DNA of 64,000 bases from Vicugna vicugna. Lineage: Eukaryota. The position numbers were made by a program, and so were the translations under genes. Below, piece by piece: positions 37,281-49,142 of this stretch (its first letter is position 1; each line of letters begins with the position of its first letter). Below the pieces are notes generated by a model. The model was not told the DNA's origin and searched no databases. It was given only the letters and a program-made list of their open reading frames with translations. The stretch lies in assembly GCA_013265495.1 (NCBI GenBank), contig MU057640.1, positions 1,187,303-1,251,302 on the forward strand. The letters run 5' to 3'.

Positions 37281-37284
37281 AAAG

Positions 37285-37758
37285 TGTCACCGCCGGCAAG
37301 TTCGCGTGCCAGCCACACCATGAGGACAAACAAACTGAAACGTTGAAGTTTGGAGCAGAGAAAGGCTTATCGCAGGGCCGAGCAAGGAGGACGGGGTGGC
37401 TCATGCCCAAGAAAACCCCGAACTCCCCAAAGGATTTCAGCAAAGCATATTTAAAGGCCACGTAAAGGAGGGGGGTCACAGGGTACATGATCCGCTTGTG
37501 CACAATTCTCTGATTGGTTGATGTTGAGGTAACAGAGCGGTCAACACTATCAACTCCTAAGCACAAGGTCTGGGGGCCACGTGCTTTTGATCATCAAGTA
37601 GCTAATTTCTTCCCTTTGGTGGTACTTTTAAGCATCTGAAAGACTCAGGAAATATACATGAGACACTATTATCTGGGTGCTTCAGAGAGGAGCTGCTGCA
37701 GGGGATATGGGGGAGGGGTCTGACCCTGGAAGGCCCCACGGGGTCATAATTGGTTACA
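37285..37758 (-). repeat. 5' LTR of the provirus
   Basis: TGTCAC...GTTACA termini; CCAAT (ATTGG 37513-37517) and TATA-like TTTAAATA on the minus strand; adjacent to the PBS. Confidence 0.93.
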
Positions 37759-38014
37759 CCCTTGCGTTCAATTTTTTATTTCTGTCTATGCCTTCTTGTA
37801 GCATAAAACTACTCTCTTCTAATTTTTTACTTCTAATCTGTTCTGGATTTAGAAAACAGATATTTAAGTTTGTTGGAATTGACATGAAGCAATGATAGAT
37901 AATCCAATAGTGTGAGACTCAGTAGCGCTCCTCAAAAAAAAAAAGTGCATGAAGTTAGTAGTGTCCCTTTTGTCTGCTTATATGTGCTGTCTCATAGTAC
38001 TCACAGTTGGGACC

Positions 38015-38390
38015 TGTCTTAGTTCAGATTCCCTCAGAAGCAGACCCTAAGACAAGGACTCTAGGATAAATGGCTTTTTGGGAGGTGAAGGGAACACCAG
38101 TAGGAGGTAAGCGTGTTATTAAGGCAGCTACGAGTGTGCATGCTTGGAGCTCATCCCCCTGGGGAGACTGGCAGCCAGCACAAAGCTCCTGCCTCAGACC
38201 TACCCCACGCAAGCGGCCGTTTATACATTCATTCGCGTCAGCCTTGGTTGAGGGCTGCTCCCAGGGCGCATGACTTCCCTGGTACTTCTGGCCTGCCACG
38301 TGAGCAGCCAAGGGGGCTGCAGCAGCAAGAGAAGGTCCGCAGGCAAAGAAAACCAAGTGTTTCCAATAAGAAATCTAACAGAGCACGCTA
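38015..38390 (-). mobile_element. ERVL LTR (LTR16/LTR67-like)
   Basis: tgtcttagttcagattccctcagaagcagaccctaagacaagga...tttgggaggtga terminus. Confidence 0.6.
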
Positions 38391-38607
38391 GAGGGGTAAG
38401 AGTGAGGGGCGGGGGCCAGAAATCCAGTGACCTCGGCGAGATCTAGGTGGTTACCTTTATAGAGGGCTGAAAGTCTGCGTGTTTATTGTTACTTATTATT
38501 ATTGTTGTTGTCACGCTATGCTATCACTTTAGGGAACCCCAAATTCACTCCGAGCTCTCTGGCTTCTCTGTGCCTCCCACTGCTGTGCTCAAAAAGTCAA
38601 ATAAATG

Positions 38608-39112
38608 CAGGTCATGGGAGTTAATTTTGTATGTCAACTTGACGGGGCCGTGGGCTGCCCAGACAGCCAGGAAAACATTATTTATGAGTGCATCTGTGAG
38701 GGGGTTTCTGAACGAGATTAGCATTGGAATTGGCAGACTGAATAAAGAAGTGTGTTCTCACCAACACAGGTGGGCATCATTAACTCCCTGAGGGCCTGAA
38801 AAGGATGAAAAGGTGGAGGAAGGGTGAATTTGTTCTCTGCCTGAGCCGGCACGTTTCTCTTCTCCCGCTTTTGGACCTCAGTGCTCCTGGTTCTCGCGCC
38901 CTCAGACTTGGACTGAACTACACCACTGGCTTCCCTTGTCCCCCAACTTCCAGCTGGAATCATGGGACTTCTTCGCCTCCCTAGTCATGTGAGTCCATTG
39001 CCGTTTTGTATATGTAAATATGTTCATTTATGTGGGGTATGTTGATTTATTATTTTGTTTATTTATAAATATGCCATTGGTTTCATTTCCCTGGAGGACC
39101 CTGACTCTACGC
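38608..39112 (+). mobile_element. ERVL LTR, MLT2 family
   Basis: gttaattttgtatgtcaacttgac...gagattagcattggaattggcagactgaataaagaag...ccattggtttcatttccctggaggaccctgact. Confidence 0.85.
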
Positions 39113-40401
39113 TTCAATATTTCTACATTTCACTCACAACCATATATGGGCTGTCACAGTAATATGGTGGGAGGGAAAAGACTAGAGCGAAAGACACAGC
39201 TGAAAAGGAGAGGTATAGCTGGGAAAGAGAACAGAGGAAGAAACATTTTTTTCCAGGACGTAGCATTAACAGACACCCCAGCAGGGAGTTCTTGAAGGCA
39301 GCAGCAAAGGACAGCGCTGAAAATGCCTATGTCCCTCCCTAAGGCCAGCCAAGGCTCCACAGTGGAGGGAAAAAGATAGAGAAGTCCCAGGTGCCACGGA
39401 AGTGGGTCGGCAGTACAGCTGCTGGAAACCGATGCCCGCCCCCGTATGTGCGCAGCCTGAGTAACAGTCCGGCCTTCGGCCCTGCCTGCTGGGCTCTCCT
39501 GCCCCCTCTGTTTGGCTGAGAGCCACCACGCTGGTCCCCAACACAAACAATACCGAGCTGAGATGGCGCTAAAACCTGTAATTCCTCCTGAAAGCTTCCA
39601 AGAAAGGAAGACACTTTTTATCCTAAAATCCTTACAGGCTGGACAGGATCTTCTCTTGCAGATGGACGATCCTCCCAGTAAAGGGATTTTTTACTGAGGC
39701 TGAATTGTTCTCTGCCGCTAATCATTCTTGTCAAGAATGGAATAAAGCGTTCTGTAACCTTTGGAGAGTGGCTTCTTTCACTGAGCACAATGCCTTGAGG
39801 AATATCCAGGCTGCTGCATGTATCAGGAGTTCAGTTCTCTCTACTGCTGAGTAAAATTCCATTGTATGGAGATACCATTGGTTGTTATTTATTCATCTTT
39901 TGATGGATGTTTGGGTTGTTTCCAGTGTTGGTAGCTTTCAATAGAACTGCATGAACAAGAGTTTTTATTTCTCTGGGGTAAATACATGGGAGTGTGATTG
40001 CTGGATCAATTCTGTTCCTCCCGTTAAATATTGAGAGAGTTTTGTACAGTGTGCATACAAGATCTTGATAGGTGATTTACAAATATTTTATTTTACAAAT
40101 ATCTGTGTTTTGTATTTTATAAATATTTTATCCCAGGGCATAGTATAAATTTTCATTCTGTTAACAATATCTTTAGCAGAGCAAACGTTTTTAATTTTGT
40201 TGAAGTCTGATTTATCAATATTTCCTATTGTGGAACATGCTTTTGGTGTCATATCTAAGAATTCTTTGCCTAACCCAGCTCATGAAAATTTTCTCCTATG
40301 TTTTCTTGTAAAAGTTCTATACTTTTATGTTTTACATTTAAATCCATGATCTATTTGAATTAACTTTTGTGTAGGTGTGAAGTTTAGATTGAGTTTTAGG
40401 G

Positions 40402-41624
40402 ATTTTTTTAATTAAAGCATAGTTGATTTACAATGTGTTAGTTTCAGGTGTACAACAAAGTGATTCAGTTACACATATGTATATTCTTCTTCAGATTGTT
40501 TTCCAGTGTAGTTTATTACAAGAAATTGAATATAGTTCCCTGTACTATACAATAAGTTCTTGTTGTTTATCTATTTTATATGTAGTAGTTTGATCTGCTA
40601 ATCCCAAACTCCTATTTCATTCTCCCCCTTACTTTCCCCTTCGATAACTTTTTCTATATCTGAGTCTGTTTCTGTCTTATAAATAAGCTCATTTGTATCA
40701 TTTTTTAGATTCCACATATAAATGATATTTGTCTATGGCTGACTTACTTCACTTAGTATGATAATCTCTAGATCCATCCATGTTGATGCAAATGGCATTG
40801 TTTCATTTTTTTATGGCTGAGGAATATTCCATTGTGTGCATATACATGTATTTATACATACCATATATGTGTAGATATGGTGTGAAGGTGTGTTCTAACT
40901 TCATTGATTTACATGTGGCCGTCCAGCTTTCCCAACACCACTTGTTGAAGAGACTGTCTTTTCTACATTGTATATTCTTGCCTCTTTTGTCGAAGATTAT
41001 TTCTGGGTTTATTTCTGGGCTATTTTGTTTCATTGATCTATATATCTGTTTTTGTTCCAGTACCACGCTGTTTTGATTATTGTTGCTTTGTAGCATTGTC
41101 TGAAGCCTGGAACTGTTATGCCCCCAGCTTTATTCTTTCCTCAGGATTGCTTTGGCACTTCTGGGTCTTTTGTGGTTCCATATTAATTTTAGGATTATCT
41201 GTTCTAGTTCTGTGAAAAATGCCCTGGGTAATTTGATAGGGATCGCATTAAATCTGTAGATTGCTTTGGGGAGGATGGGCATTTTAACAATATTAATTCT
41301 TCCAATCCAAGAGCATTTCTATTTCTTTGAATCATCTTCAATTTCCTTTATCAGTGTTTATAATTCTCAATGTAAAATCTTTCACTGCCTTATTCAGGTT
41401 TATTCCTAAGTGTTTTGTTTTGTTTTGTTTTGTTTTATTTTATTTTATTTTATTTTATTTTTTGGATGTGATTTTAAAAGGATTGTTTTTTCACTTTCCC
41501 TTTCTGACATTTTACTGTTAGTGTAAAGAAATGCTAAAGATCTCTGTATCTTAATCTTGTATCCTGTTACATTGCTGAATTCATTTATCAGTTCTAGTAG
41601 TTTTTGTGAAGAGTCTTTAGGGTT
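40402..41624 (-). mobile_element. Younger artiodactyl-type L1 nested in the old L1, internally deleted
   Basis: T tail and 3' UTR from 40402; ORF 40803-41096 gives [36 protein letters not shown] (ORF2); homology jumps at ~40865. Confidence 0.9.
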
Positions 41625-42579
41625 AAACTTTATTTATATATATATTTTTCTTTTTTTGCAAAATTGTTTTGGGTATTCTAGTTTCTTTGCCATTCCATAT
41701 AACTTTTAGAATAAGCTGTCCACATCTACAAAAAGTTCTTCTGGCATTTGTATTGGAATTACATAGATTTGTAGATTAATTTGTGGAGAACTGACATCTT
41801 TACTATGTTGAGACTTCCAACTCACAAACAAGGTTTATGTCTGCTTTTTTTTTTAAGGTCTTCTTTGCTTTCTTTCATGAGTTTTGTAGTTTTCAGCATA
41901 CAGAGCCTATACATGTTTTGTTAGATTTATACATCAGTATTTCTTTCTCTTTTTGAGGGGGGGTCTATTGTATTTGCCTTAAATGTGGGGTTCTAATTGT
42001 TCAATGCTAGTATATTAAAAAAAATACAGCTGATTTTGTGAATTGACCTTGAATTCTGCTCTGTCAGTGAGCTCACTGATTAGTTCTAGGAGGGTTTTGG
42101 GGTTTGGTTTTGTTTGTTTGTTTGTTTTTGTAGATTCCCTGTGGTTTTCTTAGTCATGTCATCTGAGAATAGGGACAGTTTTATTTCTTTTTTTCTAAAA
42201 CATGTACCTTTTTTCCTTGCCTTATTGCACTAGTTAGACTTCAGTACCATGTTGACTAGAAATGTGGAGAGTGGACATTCCAGTCTTGTTTCTGATCTTA
42301 GAAAAAAATTCATTTTTTCACCATTAAGTATGATATTAGCCATATAATTTTTGTAGATGCTTTTTATCAGATTGAGAATGTTACCTTTTATTTCTAGTCC
42401 ACCAAAAACTTGTATCATGATTGAATACTGAATTTTGTTAAAAGCTTTTTCTGCACCAATTGGTATGGTCATGTGGTTTTTCTTCTTTAGATTGTTAATA
42501 TGGTGGATTACATTAATTGTTATTTAAAAATTGAGCCAGTCTTCTTGCATTACCAGGATAAAACCCACCTGGTCATGGT

Positions 42580-42710
42580 GAGATAGGTAGGTAGATTGCT
42601 AAGTAGGTGCGTGGGTGGATGGATGGATGGATAGATACACAGGAAAGAAAGGAAGGAAAGAAAAGGAAGGAAGAAATAGAAGGAAGAAAGAAAGGAAGAT
42701 AGAAAGAAAT
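42580..42710. repeat. Compound TAGG/GGAT/GAAA-GGAA microsatellite
   Basis: Directly visible. Confidence 0.9.
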
Positions 42711-43135
42711 GCTGAATTTAATTCAATAATATCTCATTGGAAACTGTTGCACTTATGTTGACAAGGGATATTGGTCTGTGGTTTTCTTTTCTTCTAATCT
42801 GTCTTCTAGTTTTGGTGTCAGAGTAATTACATAATCATATAACAAGATGGGAAATATTCCTGCCTGGTTTTTTTTTTTTTTTTTGGAAGAGATTGTACAG
42901 AATTGGTGCTCTTTCTTGTTGTTAACTATCAGTTTCTTTAGTGACTTCTCAAGCTATTCAGGTTGTCTGTTTCATCTTGAGTGAGTTTTTATAACTGTGG
43001 TTTTTATCATCTGTGGGACTAGTCCATTTCATCTGGATTGGTTGGGTTCCTGTTTGTAGAATTGTTTTTAGTATTTCCTTCTTATCCTTTGCAGGGTCTG
43101 TAGTGAAATCTTTTTCATCCTTGGGTAATTTGTTG

Positions 43136-43215
43136 TAGGGTAGCCAGCCATCCCAGATGGCTCAGGAATGGGGGATTGCCTGGGATGCAGGATTTCAGTG
43201 TTAAAACTGAAAGAG
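43136..43215. mobile_element. MER81-like hAT-Blackjack MITE fragment
   Basis: tagggtagccagccatcccag...ctgggatgcaggatttcagtgttaaaactg resembles the remembered MER81 consensus. Confidence 0.55.
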
Positions 43216-43263
43216 TGGTTCTTCTTTCTTCCCCCTCTAGGTTTGGCAGTCTTGCTATAAATT

Positions 43264-43709
43264 CACTGACTGAAAAAAAAATGCATAACCTAAAATCTGA
43301 AAATTATGTTTATTCAGTGGACTTACTGGGGCTTACTCCAAGGAGACAGCCTCTCAGACAGTTCTGAGGGATTATTCCAAAGAGCTAAGGGAGAAGCCAG
43401 GATAAATAGGAGTTTTGGGAAAAAACAAAAACAAAACAGGTAGTTGGAACATCAAAAGAATACTGTTAATTAAATGGAAACAGACATCTCAAGTTAATGA
43501 ATTTAATGCCCTTCTATGTATAGGAAGATGCAAAAGTCTGGGCTTAATGAAATTATTCCTTTGATATGCACATTAACTATCTAGGACCAGTATCCTGCTC
43601 TTCTCCATCCCCACAGGGTGCACCGTAGGAGGTGGCTGCAGAGGCTGAGGGCTTGATGGCCTCAACATCCTTTGTTTACTGATATGGCAGGTGACATTCT
43701 CTGTCCACA
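43264..43709 (-). mobile_element. Solo ERV1 LTR, artiodactyl MER41-like (MER41_BT-related)
   Basis: 4-bp TSD AATT at 43260-43263 and 43710-43713; ends ...ctgtccaca; AATAAA on the minus strand near 43310; host L1 sequence rejoins across it. Confidence 0.8.
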
Positions 43710-45369
43710 AATTTATCAACATTTATCAAAACTTGCTTTTTATGGTGTTGATTTTTCTTTTTTACCTGTTTTCAATTCTCAACTTCTACTTTTATCTTTA
43801 TTTCTTTCCTCATACTTGCTTTGGGTTTCTTTTGCACTTCTTTTTCTATTTCTTCAAGATGGGAGGTGAGATTATTAATCTAAAACACTGTATTTTCTAA
43901 CATATGCATTTAATGCTATAAATTTCCCCTGAAGCACTGCTTTATTGGCCCGCCACAAATCTTAATATGTTTTCATTTTCATTCAGTTCAAAATATTTTC
44001 TACTTTTCTTTGAGATTTATTCTTTGATACATGGATTATTTAGAAATGTGTTTGATTTTCAAATGTTTGGGGATTCTCCTGTTACCTTTTGTTATTGATT
44101 TTTATTTTAATTCCATTGTGATTAGAGAACATACTTGCATGATATCAATTCTTTTAATTTGGTTAGGGTATAGACATGGTCTATCCTGGTAAATGTTCCA
44201 AGTGCACTTAAAAAGATATGTAAGCTCCAGTGCCTGCCTACCACTGAGTTAGCAATGGGACATCTGGTAAATACCCCATTTCACATGTTCACCTGTTTCC
44301 ATGCCTATAAAGTGAGAAGAGTGAATTAGATAATCTCTAAAAGTTCCCTTCTATCTTTAGCATATATCCCCTACTTCCATGAGTAAGTAAATAGGAGTTA
44401 GACACTTCCATCTGCCACCAGTAACAAAACAATTTTTTTTTCTCTGCTCCTGAATTAATGATATGGAAGATAGACCCTCTTGTAAAGCCCTGTCTTTGGT
44501 TACCCAAAAGCCATGGGGAATTTGAGGAATTGCATTAAAAAAAGTCCTTTCTAGAAGGCATAACCTTAGTAATACTAAGAAAGGAGGATGTGAATCTGTT
44601 TATTTTTCCTGAACTTAAAAACATATTGCAATTTCTTCAGTCTCTTACCAGTCAGCCTAGAGGTACAATTTCTATTCTGATCTGGGTTTATCAAATAATT
44701 CCATAACCTCCTTGGTGAAGAAACCTGCACTCAGCCCTTTCTTTCTCCCTGGTCTATCTCAAAAGGTCATTCGCTCTCAAATATTTCACCAGGGTCACAC
44801 CCGTGAAACCTAAGATCAAGTAAAAACAGAAAGAATGGGATTTCAGAGACATACCCCAGTACATGTCCATGAGTAAAACTGAAGAAATCAGAGATGAGAA
44901 TGAAAAGGAGGCCTTCAGCTGCAAGGAGAAATTTATGACTCTTCATGCACGCAACATGACCCTCAAAGACAGAGTTTTAAGTCTCTTGTATCTCCCACGT
45001 GCCATTTTTGAGGACCTATGGTGCCTTGTAAAAAGCTGGCATTAAGAATTTTAGAATAGATGGAGTGTTCACTTATTAAACATTGTCTGAAATCAAGAGA
45101 CAGATCTCTCCGTGAAAACCTTCAGTAGAGAAGGTTTACAACCAGGACCCTCTGATGTGGTGGAACGCTTACAGTCAGGCACACACCATGGCAGGGGCCA
45201 GCACAGGGCAGCAGTGTGGCAGGACTATGGCAGCAGGCCTGGGGCCTATGGATGAGGCCAGTGAGATCTCTGCCAACAGGAAACCCTTGTGCTCTGCTCT
45301 TGGAAGAGCTTACTTAAGAGCTGGAGCTTCACATAATAATCAAGATGGGAAATTTCTTAAAATTCCAAT

Positions 45370-45530
45370 TTTTAAAAACTTTTTGTTATGAAAAATTTCA
45401 CACAAGTGCACACACAGAGAAGTAGAGAGAAAAATATAGTAAACCCATATATCCATTTTCCAGATTCATCATCTATCAGTATTTGGCCACATTCCCTTAT
45501 CTACACCTGTTTTCTTTCTGATTTTAGAGA
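45370..45530 (-). mobile_element. Ancient L1ME 3' end fragment
   Basis: tttttgttatgaaaaatttcacaca...aagtagagagaaaaatatagtaaaccc. Confidence 0.55.
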
Positions 45531-46564
45531 CAATTGGGGTTTAAAATTCTAGAATATATGTTTTTTAAAGATGAGGTACAGCCCTTGTACATTGCCATTG
45601 AGGGCCCAAGTTTCTATCTGCCCTGACACCCTTAGGTTGTAGGCTAATCCTCATGATGGCAAGATGGCTGCTGAACCTCTTGGAATCATGTCAACATTCC
45701 CAGCAGGAAGAAGAAGATCCAGGTTAAGAGAAACATGCTGATGAGCTACTTTTTGCATTAGAAATGAAGACTGGGTACCACAGGAGCGATAAAATTTGAA
45801 GGCCAAAAATAAGCTTTGCAAGCCACATAAGAAATAGGGAAGAATTGCAAAGAAGTCCAACTCAGGAAAAAAAATGCATTTATTGATTACTTTTTACAGC
45901 TCCAAATGAGACCAAGCCTTTATACAAATCATCTCATTAAATATTCACAGCAACCCAACTGAGTAGGTGAAATAATTTTACAGATGATAAAATGAGACCT
46001 TGAAAGACCTAATTGCTTTCTCTAGGCTACAGAGCTGATGAATGGTGGCTCCAAAGCCATCCCCTTTCTGTGTTCTCATCTCCTCATTACTGATCTTCTC
46101 AGATGTGCAGTAAATTTCCCTCATTGAAAAATCTATATCCTCACCGTGGAAAGCCGCTATTGTATACACGATGCCAAACCCAGGAGCACGGAAGTGCACA
46201 TTCTTCTTGTGTCTGTTGCAGAATGCCGCCCACCAGCTGCAGGCCTGGCTGTGCCTGCCCCACAGCAGCCCTCTGGGTGAGGGTCTGTGATGCCTCTGGG
46301 CAGAGGACCCCATCCCTAGGCTCAGATGCATCTGCTTAAGGAAATGGAGCAGAACCTCCACAAAGCCGTTGTTTTTCTGTTCTTTCCAATAAAAGAAAAT
46401 GCATGTAGATCCACTGGGGCTCAAAGTGACCTTCTGTCAAGGGCCTCTGAATTGTCTTCAAAGAAGGAAAATATTGCTTTGTGCACAGCTCTTGGGATGG
46501 TTTAATCATGAACCGAATGTCACATAAAAGCAAAGATAAGAGATTTGATAGAGTCCAAAACTCC

Positions 46565-46975
46565 TTTTTAACTTTTTATTATGAAAATTGTCAAAAGTAC
46601 ACAAAAAGAAGAGAGAATAATATAATGAACCCATGTGCCCATCCCCTGATTCAACAATTATTCACTTTGGGTGTCACTGGCCTCGTCTGTTCCTTTTTCT
46701 CTGTCTTCTTTTTTTGTGAATATTTTTTCAAGCCAGTTCCCTTGATCAGGTCATTTTGCCCCTAAATCTTTCCATATGTATCTCTAACAAATACAGATAT
46801 TTTATTATATAAACACAAAACCATTTTCACAATCAGTGGTATTAACACCTGCTCTATATTCAAATTTCCAGTAGTCTCAAAAAAGTCTTTTATTAATTAG
46901 TTTCTCAAAAACAGGATCTAAACAAAATCAGGGCACTGTGTTTTCTGTTATGTTGCTTAAATCTCTTCTCACTAG
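46565..46975 (-). mobile_element. Ancient L1ME 3' end fragment
   Basis: actttttattatgaaaattgtcaaaagtacacaaaaagaagagagaataatataatgaacccatgtgccc...caggatctaaacaaa. Confidence 0.65.
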
Positions 46976-47194
46976 AGCAGGGTTAACACCTTCAACAACG
47001 TCCACAAGGTCCTCAGCTTCTTCAGGTGCTCAGAGTGCACTCCCTCCCCTCCAGGCCTTGGCACTTACTGTTCTTTCTGCCTGAAAGATGTCCCCAGGGC
47101 CACATGTCACCTCCTAATCTCCTACTCGTCCTTTAGCTTTCAGATCAGGTGTTCTTCCTTCTATGAAGTGACTCTGACCACAGCTTCTCTAATT

Positions 47195-47435
47195 TAATGC
47201 AGACTCTGATTTAACAGTTCTGGGGCGAGGTACAGAGTCTGCATTTCTAACAGAGGTTGCAGACTGTGTATGGGAGCTTTGGTACCCAACCATATCCTTT
47301 CACTTTTGTCTTGTACATGGCTGCTTTCGAGCTATGACAGCAAAAGTTGCGTAGCTATGAGAGACATCATATGTCCCACAAAGCCTAAAACATTTACCCT
47401 CTGGCTCTTCATGCAAATAGCGTGCTGACCTTACT
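47195..47435. mobile_element. MER5A fragment followed by a MER58A-like hAT MITE
   Basis: aatgcagactctgatttaacag...tctgcatttctaaca, then atggctgctttcgagctatgacagcaaaagttgcgtagc...cccacaaagcctaaaacatttaccctctggctctt. Confidence 0.7.
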
Positions 47436-47529
47436 CTTGACTGTAGGGCAGGGATAACGGTTTCTTCACCAGGACATCTCAGAACCCAGGCCCTGGTAGA
47501 TACTCAACAAGGAGTTACTAGATGATGCA

Positions 47530-47700
47530 TAATAATAGTGGCTGACAATAGTTGAGAGCTCACCATATGCCAGGCACTGTACTGAGTGCTTTACATGCAG
47601 CATCTCGTTTAATTCCCACATTAACTCCAAGTGGAGGTAGAGTGTTCACACATTTTGGATGAAGAAACAGAAGCTTTGGAGGTTCCTATCCTGCCCAAAT
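47530..47700 (-). mobile_element. MIR
   Basis: ctcaccatatgccaggcactgtactgagtgctttacatgc...ttttggatgaagaaacagaagct. Confidence 0.7.
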
Positions 47701-47907
47701 TTAAAGTACTAACATACCCATGTCATCTCACTACTATACTGTAAAGAAAAGATTGAAAAAGGTGGCTGTGGAAAGCCAGGCAAAGCTATTTATCCTGGGC
47801 CCATTAGGGGCAGCCTGAGTCACTGCCTCTGTAAAAATGGCTACCAGTGGGCCTGGGCTAAAAATGCAAAACTTTCTTAGTGTTTACACCCAAATATGTT
47901 AGGTCAG

Positions 47908-48057
47908 AGGGGAGGGTATAACTCAGTGGTAGAGCACATGCTTAGCATGCACAAGGTCCTGGGTTCAATCCCCAGTACCTCCATTAAAATAAATAAGTAA
48001 ATAAATGAACCTAATTACCTCCCCCCAAAAAACAAAACCAACCAAACAAACAAAAAA
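47908..48057 (+). mobile_element. tRNA-Ala-derived SINE, camelid Vic-1 type
   Basis: GGGGAGGGTATAACTCAGTGGTAGAGCACATGCTTAGCATGCACAAGGTCCTGGGTTCAATCCCCAGTACCTCC (A and B boxes), AT-rich body, A-rich tail; TSD CAAATATGTTAGGTCAG 47891-47907 / CAAATATGCTAGTCAG 48058-48073. Confidence 0.9.
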
Positions 48058-48566
48058 CAAATATGCTAGTCAGTTGAATAGCTACACAAATATACAAAAG
48101 CACCTTCTTTGTAGTAAATACTATACAATTATAATGGGCCCCAGCAACTCTTCTAAGAGCCCAAAGCAAAATCTGCATTTAACAGAACAGCATTATAAGG
48201 TCACAAATTACTAGAGGGGAGGGCTCTTCTCTCTGAGTAGCTCTTTCCTCCTCCCAGCTCACCCCAAAACCTCTCCAACATAGCACCTCACCCAGCCCTT
48301 AGCCCCTGTAGGCACTTAATAAGAGACAACCTACGTGGAAAGGTTAAACAGATAAAATCTGTTCACCATGAGAAACTTTTATCTACATCCTTCACTACCT
48401 AGCACCAAGATTCCCATCAGATGGAAAGGTGGCAACCAGTTTAACCCTTATGATTCTGTTAAAAGGCAACGGGTTGAAGTGACTTAGCCAGTGATTCATG
48501 GACATAGTAATAATTCTAGGAATAAAATGTACATGTCTTGTGTCTCAATGTAGTAAGAAGGAAAAA

Positions 48567-48625
48567 TTGAGAGACAGACAGAGTGAGAGAGAGAGAGAGA
48601 GAGAAACACAGAGAACGAGAGGAGT
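48567..48625. repeat. (GA)n simple repeat
   Basis: Directly visible. Confidence 0.85.
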
Positions 48626-49142
48626 AGGGGAGAAAAACAAGTATGAGACAGAATAGCCCGCCAGAGAAGCTGAGCTGGTCCAGAGGCAGTGGTGAGAACT
48701 GGGGGGAAAACCATTGATTGTGATCCTAGTTTGTATATTGATCGCTATATTTGTTAAGAGATTTTAGATCTTTTAGAAAAAAAACTGCAGTATACATTAA
48801 AGAAACTCTTGAGTCATACTGATTATCATCATTGAAGAAATTATAATAAAAAAAAGAATTACTCCTTTTCTTAACCTGCAGAATAACCCTGATATCTAGT
48901 CTTAAAAATCCCCTTTAAATAAAGCACTTCCCTGCCCTTGTAGAGAAATCTGTTTTGTGGCTCTTAATGTCAATCTCGAACAGAATTCTAAGATTTGGCA
49001 ATGAAGAAGTTGAGGTCTCGAAGCAATTCTGTGTAAAGACCTCCTTATGATTAAATGTGACTGTCTCTAGTCTGTTCTCTAAGGACTCAGTGAAGAGGTA
49101 AGCATGATGACCTAATTCTATAGGTAAAAAAAGAATCCCTTA

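Larger units (their letters stand above)
32445..37758 (-). mobile_element. Complete non-autonomous ERV1-type provirus (LTR-internal-LTR), MER4-group-like internal region
   Basis: Two homologous TG...CA LTRs (~86% identical by hand alignment); PPT next to the left LTR and PBS next to the right LTR give minus orientation; 4.4-kb internal region has no long ORF, only possible traces of integrase (QRITTDVVQQCLVC, ~34147-34198) and env (ISNWVC, ~33225-33247). Confidence 0.93.
39745..44225 (-). mobile_element. Old L1 (L1MC/MD-like ORF2 and 3' end) with nested insertions
   Basis: Continuous antisense ORF2 homology; ORF 42230-42472 gives AEKAFNKIQ...ANIILNGEK...RSETRLECPLS (RT domain); interrupted by a younger L1, a microsatellite, MER81 and a solo LTR. 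Confidence 0.9.

Noticed and set aside
36820..37566. 248-aa minus-strand ORF as retroviral gag
   Set aside because: It starts within the LTR at a non-ATG codon and runs through the PBS and leader; no matrix, capsid or zinc-knuckle motifs.
47909..47983. Functional tRNA-Ala gene
   Set aside because: Mismatched stems, SINE body, A-rich tail and TSD show it is a SINE head.
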